A stretch of 64,000 nt of DNA from a virus (lineage: Duplodnaviria > Caudoviricetes). Location: IMG/VR virus record IMGVR_UViG_3300036833_000232, positions 1 through 64,000 of that record; one strand, 5' to 3'. A program made the position numbers and the translations under genes. Shown here piece after piece: positions 57,485 to 64,000 of the stretch; within the stretch, counting starts at the first letter, position 1; each line of letters begins with the position of its first letter. The notes beneath the pieces were generated by a model. That model was given only the letters and a program-made list of their open reading frames with translations, did no database searches and was not told the origin of the DNA.

Positions 57485-58716
57485 CAGCCGACCCCCTTCG
57501 CCTGGCCACGGTCCTGCTGGCGCGGGTCGCCGAAGTCGCGGAAGTAGCGGCTGATCGCGTTCTTCGCGGTGCCGGTGTAGCTGCCGGACATGGCCACGTC
57601 GACCGCCCGGTACGACAGGGGGTTGTCGGGGTTGGCCTGGTAGCTGGCGAGCCAGCGGGCGACCGCTTCGGCGGACTTCTCGCCGTACTTACGGACCAGA
57701 GTCAAATCCAGCACGGGCCGGGGAGTGCCCTCCAGGTTGATTTCCGCTGTCTGCTCCGAGGCGCGCGCCGCCGCGGCGGCCGGAGCGGCCGCGGGTGGGG
57801 TGGCCAGCGGGGCGGGGGCCGGCTTCGGTTTCGCCGTCGGGGCCACCACTTTGGCCTGTTTGGTGGCCACCGCGTACGGCGAGGGCTGCCGGATCGACGC
57901 CAGATCCTGGGCGTGCTGGATGACGCCGATGTGGTTGACCAGCCGGATCATCAGCGTGTCGTCGTCGGCGACACCCGCTTTGATCACCGCGCGTTCCAGG
58001 CGGGACTGCCGGAACGGGGTCCGTTTGCTGGCGGTGGCCAGCCGGGCGGCCTGCATCAGCGCCCGGTCCCGGGTGCGGGCGGCCGCGTCGCGGGCATCGT
58101 CGGCCAGGCCGATCCGCGACAGTGCCCGCTCGCGCATCTCGTCCGCGACCCGCGCCCAGGTGGACTTTTTCTTGCTGCGGCCGTGCCGGTTGTGGATTTC
58201 GATACCGAGGGCCTGGTGCAACATGACCATCGCGAACACCGGCCCAGCCAGGACCCGGGCGAGGCCTTCGACCGGGCCGGCCTCGACCAGGGCGGCGTAG
58301 GCGGCGAACCCGCACAGCGCCCACGCGATCATCCGGGCCGTGCCGGGGGAGGCCGGCTCACCTTCCGGGGTCTTGCGCCGGACGTTGGTGCGCATCCCGT
58401 AGGCGCACGCCAGCAGTCCGACCTCGATCAGCGCGAACATGCCGACCCGTTCGATGCCGACGATGTGCAGCTTGTCCCCGAAAAACCGGAACGAGGTGTC
58501 GGCCGACAGGGCGATCCCGAGTGCCCCGGAGAAGTAGTAGCCGAGGTTGGCGCGGGAGGCGCGTTGTTCGTCGGTGACCGGGGCGGTGTGCCGCCCGGCC
58601 CGGGTCCTTTTCGCGGCGAGCACCATCAGCAGGACCGCCACCGCTGCTGCGATGCTCAGCAGTAGAACACGGTGGGCGACGACCCAGCCGAGCACGAGCG
58701 TCGTCACGCTGGTCAT
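57484..58716 (-). CDS. SpdB/DUF2637-like multi-TM spread protein
   Basis: about 5 TM segments, RVLAGPVFA, Pro/Ala linker, C-terminal HTH-like region; AGGAGG RBS. Confidence 0.65.
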   Translation of the reverse strand: MTSVTTLVLGWVVAHRVLLLSIAAAVAVLLMVLAAKRTRAGRHTAPVTDEQRASRANLGYYFSGALGIALSADTSFRFFGDKLHIVGIERVGMFALIEVGLLACAYGMRTNVRRKTPEGEPASPGTARMIAWALCGFAAYAALVEAGPVEGLARVLAGPVFAMVMLHQALGIEIHNRHGRSKKKSTWARVADEMRERALSRIGLADDARDAAARTRDRALMQAARLATASKRTPFRQSRLERAVIKAGVADDDTLMIRLVNHIGVIQHAQDLASIRQPSPYAVATKQAKVVAPTAKPKPAPAPLATPPAAAPAAAAARASEQTAEINLEGTPRPVLDLTLVRKYGEKSAEAVARWLASYQANPDNPLSYRAVDVAMSGSYTGTAKNAISRYFRDFGDPRQQDRGQAKGVG

Positions 58717-58840
58717 GCGGTGGCCTCCTGGCGGGTGGTTGTGGTGGTCATGCGCGCATCTTTAACCGATGGGGTGTACGAGCCGGGCAGTGACACGGCT
58801 GGGATGTAGACCCGACCGGACACTGTCCGCAGTGTCCGGT

Positions 58841-59233
58841 TCAGTCGTCGGGTTTGTGGGCGATCCCCGACGCGGATCCGACCAGGCTCCCCATCCCGTT
58901 AACGATCTCGGCTGCGGAACGCAGGCAGTGAGAACCGCCGAGCTCGGTGACAGTGCAGTGGACACTGTTGTGGACGATGATCCGGAATTTGATGCCCATC
59001 TTCTGGCCCCGCACGGCGATGTCCTCGGCCGTTTGGATGGCGTGCGGGTAGTCAAAAATCCCCGCCCGGGCATCCACGACCAGCCGGATCAGCTGGCCGT
59101 GCTCGATGGTGTCGAAATAGGGTTTCCTGTCGACTTTGGCCGACGATTCCCGGGACGTCAGTTCGGCGTGGACCTTCTGCAACAGGCCCATCTCGTGCTG
59201 CACGGTGCTGTTCACTTCGGCACTCCGTTTCAC
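58841..59233 (-). CDS. hypothetical protein
   Basis: ORF in leftward operon; start uncertain. Confidence 0.45.
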   Translation of the reverse strand: MKRSAEVNSTVQHEMGLLQKVHAELTSRESSAKVDRKPYFDTIEHGQLIRLVVDARAGIFDYPHAIQTAEDIAVRGQKMGIKFRIIVHNSVHCTVTELGGSHCLRSAAEIVNGMGSLVGSASGIAHKPDD

Positions 59234-59249
59234 GTAGTGGAGAACTGGA

Positions 59250-59813
59250 TCAACGAGCCCAGCGCTTCGAGGCGTCCCGATCCCGGCGTTCCTCGTCCCG
59301 GTCGTCGGCCCAGTCGATGACGGTGCGGTAGAACTCCGCAGCCGGTCCTCCGAGCGCCCACGGAACGAAGATCAGCAAAGCGAAGACGCCGAGCAACGCC
59401 GGCGGCCAGACAAAGACCAACCAGACCCAGGTCCCGAACATGACCGGTGTCCCCACGAGCACGCCATAGAGCAACTTCCGCCTAGTGCTCACCCGCGGTG
59501 GGGGTGGCAACACCACCGGTGGCGCGGCTGGCCACCGGGTTTCCAGCGCCGGCGCCGAGGTCGGCGATTGCAGGGCAACAGGCACGTCACCCGAGTTCGG
59601 CTTGCTGGTGGACTTCATGTGCCCGCATCCTCTTTCCGTGTCTTTTTCACCAAACGGCGTTCCCGTTCGGACATTCCTCCCCAGATGCCAAAGCGCTCGT
59701 CGTGCGCGAGCGCGTATTCCAGGCACTCGGAAGAACTCCTCGTACTCGGCGTCGTCCATATCCTCGCCGGTCATTCCCGCGGCGGAGGAGGGGGCGCTGA
59801 ACTGGTCGCGCAT
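59250..59813 (-). CDS. membrane protein
   Basis: two C-terminal TMs; TGATG coupling. Confidence 0.55.
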   Translation of the reverse strand: MRDQFSAPSSAAGMTGEDMDDAEYEEFFRVPGIRARARRALWHLGRNVRTGTPFGEKDTERGCGHMKSTSKPNSGDVPVALQSPTSAPALETRWPAAPPVVLPPPPRVSTRRKLLYGVLVGTPVMFGTWVWLVFVWPPALLGVFALLIFVPWALGGPAAEFYRTVIDWADDRDEERRDRDASKRWAR

Positions 59814-60118
59814 CACATCCCCCCGGTGAGTTGGTGGTAGACGTAGTTGACGATCACTTCGGCGGAGTGGGAGCAGTCGATGAGGATCCCGGACTCCTGG
59901 ATTCGGCGGGCGACGGTGCCGAGCAGGTCGTGGGCGGCGATGGCGGTGTTGACGTGGTCGATGAGGTCGGCGGGGACCGGGTCGGCGAGGTTGAACACCC
60001 GCCCGATACGGTCGATCAACTCGTCCTGGCGGGGGATCGGCTGGGGCGGGTAGCTGGCGTAGAGGTGGGCCGGCATGTCGCCGCCGGGGCCGACACCGTG
60101 GGGGGTTGTCACAGCCAT
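59813..60118 (-). CDS. hypothetical protein
   Basis: GAAGGGG RBS. Confidence 0.6.
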   Translation of the reverse strand: MAVTTPHGVGPGGDMPAHLYASYPPQPIPRQDELIDRIGRVFNLADPVPADLIDHVNTAIAAHDLLGTVARRIQESGILIDCSHSAEVIVNYVYHQLTGGM

Positions 60119-60330
60119 GCCACCCCTTCCGGGGTGAACCGGTCACGGAAAGTGGACGTCGGCGACTGGCCGGCACCGGTGCATGCCGGTCGTTCGGTGG
60201 CGTAACCAACCGTCGGGCCGGGGGCGACGGGGTGCGCGGGGATACGGCCGTCGGTGACGGGGTAGTCGCCGGCGCAGTCGGGGCAGACGCCGCGGAGGCG
60301 GTCGTCCGCGAGGAGGGTTCCGGTGGCCAT
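60109..60330 (-). CDS. small Zn-ribbon protein
   Basis: CPDC...H...CTGAG. Confidence 0.6.
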   Translation of the reverse strand: MATGTLLADDRLRGVCPDCAGDYPVTDGRIPAHPVAPGPTVGYATERPACTGAGQSPTSTFRDRFTPEGVAWL

Positions 60331-60575
60331 CACACCCACCCCTTGTCGGCGAGGTGCCAGCGCCCGGCGGGGGTGATCTCGCCCGTGGCGGTGACCAACG
60401 CATCCTGCTTGAGTTCGCGGTCCACGATCTGGCCGTTGCGGGCGAACAAGTCCGGGTTGTAGGTGCCCTCTGCGGCGTCGGCCAGGTGTTCCAGGTGCAA
60501 CGCGGTCAGGTAACGGCCGGACAGGGTCGAGTAGCCGAATTCGGGGTGCCTACTGGGCTGTGGGTTGGTGGCCAT
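60330..60575 (-). CDS. small wHTH-like protein, paralog 3
   Basis: FGYSTLSG...ITPAGRWHLADKGWV. Confidence 0.65.
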   Translation of the reverse strand: MATNPQPSRHPEFGYSTLSGRYLTALHLEHLADAAEGTYNPDLFARNGQIVDRELKQDALVTATGEITPAGRWHLADKGWV

Positions 60576-60835
60576 CACGGGCACCATCCCGCCATCGTCA
60601 GGGCTTCCCGGCCGAGGTCGGTGATCTGCCAGTTACTGTCCAGTAGCCCGTCGCGCTGCAAGGCGTCCATCAGGGCGCGGTCGGCGGGGTCGGTGGTGGT
60701 GTAGGCGCGGCGGGTGAGGTCGGTGATCAGGTTCGCCTCGTCCACCACGTCCAGGTGCTCATCGGTCAGGACCAGGCCACCGGGGGCGAAGACGTAGGCG
60801 ACACCGTTGATCGTTTCGCAGTGCAACTCGCCCAT
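60575..60835 (-). CDS. small wHTH-like protein, paralog 2
   Basis: LQRDGLL...ITDLGREALTMAGW. Confidence 0.6.
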   Translation of the reverse strand: MGELHCETINGVAYVFAPGGLVLTDEHLDVVDEANLITDLTRRAYTTTDPADRALMDALQRDGLLDSNWQITDLGREALTMAGWCP

Positions 60836-61119
60836 CAGATCCACCCCCGATCGGACAGGTGCCACAGGCCGTCGCTCGTGATCACGTACTGGTCGGTGTC
60901 TGCGATACGGACCAGCAGGCCAGCGGAGGCGCATTCCTCGGCTGCGACAGTGTCGAACTCGTCGGTGAAGTCCACCTGGTAGGTGTCGTTCACGGACCGG
61001 GCTGCCTGATGCAATCGAGTCAGGTGATGCACGGCCAGGTAGAACCCCGCGAGAGTGGGGTAGCCGAACTGGTGGTCTCGGATCGAGGTCTTGGTGATAT
61101 AGGCCGGAGTAGTGATCAT
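60835..61119 (-). CDS. small wHTH-like protein, paralog 1
   Basis: FGYPTLAG...ITSDGLWHLSDRGWI. Confidence 0.65.
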   Translation of the reverse strand: MITTPAYITKTSIRDHQFGYPTLAGFYLAVHHLTRLHQAARSVNDTYQVDFTDEFDTVAAEECASAGLLVRIADTDQYVITSDGLWHLSDRGWI

Positions 61120-61511
61120 CACGCCACCTCCCGGCTCTCGCCAGTGGCGGGTTCCCACTGCTGAACGCGGGCCACTAGCAGCGCGGCGTACACACCGCGG
61201 CCGACGGCGAGGATCTCGGTGGCGGCTTTGTCCGCGTCAGCCGCCGGGACGTGCCGCAGCATCGCGCGGATCGAGTCGAACACCGCCCGCACCGTTTCGG
61301 CGGGGGATTCGGCGGCGGCGACCCGCACATCGAGCGCGGCGAACCGGCGGATCAACTGCCGCACCGACCGTGGCTGGACCGGTTCGGTCGCGGCGGCGGC
61401 GAGCGCGTCACACAGGTCCGGGTCCGGTTGGGTGGGGTCGAGTTGCTGGTACAGGTCGTGGATGGCGGCGGCCTGTACCAGGGTGGTGGGTTTCTCGGTG
61501 CGGACGTCCAT
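61119..61511 (-). CDS. hypothetical protein
   Basis: TGATG coupling. Confidence 0.6.
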   Translation of the reverse strand: MDVRTEKPTTLVQAAAIHDLYQQLDPTQPDPDLCDALAAAATEPVQPRSVRQLIRRFAALDVRVAAAESPAETVRAVFDSIRAMLRHVPAADADKAATEILAVGRGVYAALLVARVQQWEPATGESREVA

Positions 61512-61744
61512 CACGCGGCACTCCAGACGCCCTGTGTGTAGTCGGTGGTGTTCGGGTCGGTGACCGGGAAGTGGAGGGTCGTCACGGTCACCGACCCGAA
61601 GTTGTTGAGGCGCGATGCGAACCGGGCGCGTTCCCGGTTCAGCCGGTCGGCGGTACCTCGCCGGCCCTTGTACTGCCGGGCGCGCATCTCGGCCTGGGCC
61701 AGACGCTGCTCGGGGGTGAGGGCCTGGCGGCGGCGGTTTCGCAT
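61511..61744 (-). CDS. first gene of leftward operon, basic protein
   Basis: two tandem start-associated motifs upstream. Confidence 0.65.
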   Translation of the reverse strand: MRNRRRQALTPEQRLAQAEMRARQYKGRRGTADRLNRERARFASRLNNFGSVTVTTLHFPVTDPNTTDYTQGVWSAA

Positions 61745-61792
61745 CGCGCCTCTCCCTTTCTGTGGCGGGGGTGTTCCTTTTGTGGTGGGGTC

Positions 61793-61869
61793 TTTGGTAT
61801 GGAGCTTGTTGACTTGGTACGTACCATAGACCGGGATGGCAGAGTACGCAACCTTTGGTACGGTCCAAA
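61793..61869. promoter_or_regulatory. divergent promoter region with GntR-type operators
   Basis: TGGTACGTACCA palindrome 61815-61826; TTTGGTACGGTCCAAA 61854-61869; TTTGGTA half-site at 61793. Confidence 0.6.
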
Positions 61870-61896
61870 CCACAGCAGTCAAGCGAAGGGAGACAC

Positions 61897-62718
61897 GTGG
61901 CGGCCACTGCGCGATGGCAGGTCGTATATGACCACCTGCTCACCGGCATTGATCAGGGCGAATACCCGCCTGATCACCAACTGCCGACCGAACGAGAACT
62001 CATGCGCCAATTCGGCTACGCACGCGACACCGTTCGACGCGCCTACGCCCAGTTGGAGCAGAAAGGCCTCGTCGTCGTTGGTGGCCCCACCGGTCGACGG
62101 GTACGCCAACCGGTCGAGTTGTACTTCGACGCGTCCAAATTCGAACGGATCTACACCGACGACCCCGACCTCAACCGCGATCAGTGGAGCCAGGACGTCG
62201 CCGCGCAGGGCTGGGAGCACGACCAGACCCCAGTGGTGAACCACCTGCCCGCCACGCGGTGCGTTGCCCGCTGGCTGGACGTTGACCTGAAAACGCCGCT
62301 CATCCGACGCCGACGGCTCCGGCGCGTCCGACAGACACCAGCACAACCATGGAAGACGGTCGTTATCGCCGACTCCTGGTTTCCGCTGGACATTGCCCAC
62401 CGCCAGGTCGACGGGTTGGCACCACTGCTGATGCAGCAGAACATCACGATGCGTGGCGGCATCATCCGCTCGCTGGGGATCCGCCAGGAGATGTTCGTGG
62501 ACGAGATCCGGGCCAGGATGCCGCACGACGACGAGACCGAACTGCTGGACTTGCTGCCGTACACCCCGGTTCTGGAGTTCGCGCGAGTGGGAATCGACGA
62601 TGCCGGCCGACGCATCCGGGTGATCGTCAACGTGTTGTCTTCCGACTCCCAGTACCTGAAATACATCCTTGACGTGCCCCAACCGCAGGAACCCTCACCC
62701 GCCACGGAGGACATGTGA
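61897..62718 (+). CDS. GntR/HutC-type regulator with UTRA domain (KorSA/TraR-like)
   Basis: LPTERELMRQFGYARDTVRRAY; DSWFP, DEIRARMP; GAAGGGAG RBS. Confidence 0.9.
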   Translation: MAATARWQVVYDHLLTGIDQGEYPPDHQLPTERELMRQFGYARDTVRRAYAQLEQKGLVVVGGPTGRRVRQPVELYFDASKFERIYTDDPDLNRDQWSQDVAAQGWEHDQTPVVNHLPATRCVARWLDVDLKTPLIRRRRLRRVRQTPAQPWKTVVIADSWFPLDIAHRQVDGLAPLLMQQNITMRGGIIRSLGIRQEMFVDEIRARMPHDDETELLDLLPYTPVLEFARVGIDDAGRRIRVIVNVLSSDSQYLKYILDVPQPQEPSPATEDM

Positions 62719-63509
62719 TCGACCCCATACCGCAGTACCGCATCCGCTACGCCACCAATCAGGATGTGTCCGCCGTCATCGGCCTGCGCGCACACGCCGA
62801 AATGTGGCTACACGCCGCCGGTATCGACCAATGGACGGTGCGGTCGACCGGGGAACGCAACATCCGGGACTCGATTGCGGCCGGTACCACCTACGTGGTC
62901 ACCACCGGCGCCGGGGATGTCATTGGCAGCCTCGCTATGGATGCGGCTGACCTGGACTTTTGGACCCCGGCGGAGGCGGCGCAGCCCGCGATGTACCTGT
63001 ACAAGTTCATGATCGGATCTGATCGGCGTGGCAGCGGGCTGGGCGAGGTCCTCCTTGACTGGTGTTGCGCTCGGGCGGAACTCCTCGGCGCACGCTGGCT
63101 GCGGTTGGACTGCTGGCGCACCAACGCCGCGCTGCACCGCTACTACCTGCGTCGCGGATTTCGACATGTCGCTACTCGGCAGGCACCGGGCCGTCAGTCG
63201 GGGGCACTGTTCGAGCGGCCGGTGGATACGCGCACGGCAGCGAACCCCCCGAAAGTGAACTTGATCGATGAGACGGTGCCGCTGTTCGAGCGGCCGAAGC
63301 CGGTCGGGACGGACCGGTATGACCCGATCGGTGAGGCGGCGATCTGGCAGGAGGCATCCAACGTGGTTGAGGGGATGCGTCACCAGCCGTTGCCGAGCCC
63401 GGATTGGTCTGCGGCTCTCGATCAGGCGGCCCGGACGTTGGACTGCCGGGCGCGGGCGATCCGGCAGGCGCAGGGCATGTATTACCGGGTCATCGACGGA
63501 CAGCGTTGA
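62715..63509 (+). CDS. GNAT N-acetyltransferase
   Basis: RRGSGLGEVLL, LRLDCWRTNAALHRYYLRRGF. Confidence 0.9.
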   Translation: MIDPIPQYRIRYATNQDVSAVIGLRAHAEMWLHAAGIDQWTVRSTGERNIRDSIAAGTTYVVTTGAGDVIGSLAMDAADLDFWTPAEAAQPAMYLYKFMIGSDRRGSGLGEVLLDWCCARAELLGARWLRLDCWRTNAALHRYYLRRGFRHVATRQAPGRQSGALFERPVDTRTAANPPKVNLIDETVPLFERPKPVGTDRYDPIGEAAIWQEASNVVEGMRHQPLPSPDWSAALDQAARTLDCRARAIRQAQGMYYRVIDGQR

Positions 63510-63518
63510 GAGGGACAC

Positions 63519-64000
63519 ATGCCAACGATCAACGCGTACACCCAGGCTGGTGACGGCCAGTCCGCCAACGAGGACTGGTACTGCGCAACGGAGGACCTCG
63601 TCATCGTCCTTGACGGCGCAACCATCCGCACGGGCACCGGCTGCATCCACGGCCTTCCCTGGTATGTGCGCAACCTCGGGGCAGCCATCATGTCCGGGGC
63701 ACAGGACTACGACCGGGCGGGAGTTGGCCGGGATCTGCGCTGGGTCCTGGCCGAGGCCATCGGCGCGGTCGCAGCAATGCACTCCGACACATGCGACCTG
63801 ACTCACCCCGGCACACCATCAGCGGCGGCCGGCATCGTCCGAATCGGCATCGACGCGGCGGAATGGCTGGTCCTGGGCGACATCACCGTCCTACTCGACA
63901 CCCCGGACGGGTTAATCGAGGTCGTCGATGACCGGGTCAGCCAGACCGCGTACACGGAGCGCCGCGAGTGCGACCAGTACGCGATCGGGACGCCGGAGAA
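63519..64000 (+). CDS. PP2C-like phosphatase domain protein (truncated by window edge)
   Basis: ANEDW...VLDGAT...VLGD; GAGGGA RBS. Confidence 0.8.
   Translation, partial: MPTINAYTQAGDGQSANEDWYCATEDLVIVLDGATIRTGTGCIHGLPWYVRNLGAAIMSGAQDYDRAGVGRDLRWVLAEAIGAVAAMHSDTCDLTHPGTPSAAAGIVRIGIDAAEWLVLGDITVLLDTPDGLIEVVDDRVSQTAYTERRECDQYAIGTPE

Overview
GC-rich, actinobacterial-type window that looks like one large temperate siphophage-like element, with neither end visible. About 1-12 kb holds small early/accessory genes, an internal tyrosine recombinase, a DUF1906-like wall hydrolase and an atypical tRNA(CAT). 13-17 kb holds displaced tail-appendage enzymes (SGNH esterase, beta-helix tailspike). 17.9-22.2 kb is a leftward unit of RHH, ParB/IbrB, unknown, PAPS-reductase/IbrA and methyltransferase-like genes, followed by lsr2. 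22-48.5 kb is an apparently complete morphogenesis operon (terminase, portal, head, tail, tape measure, tail-tip proteins including a sialidase, a PLD and membrane proteins). 49.6-61.7 kb is a long leftward operon containing a Streptomyces-plasmid/AICE-type transfer module (FtsK-like TraB, Spd-like membrane proteins, lytic transglycosylase, clt-like 8-bp repeats), divergent from a GntR-UTRA regulator, a GNAT and a PP2C-like gene. A shared start-associated motif (CCACCACAGAAAGG-like) occurs in both the phage and transfer parts. The leading hypothesis is a phage that can also move by TraB-mediated conjugation. All family calls come from motif recognition by eye; no database searches were run.
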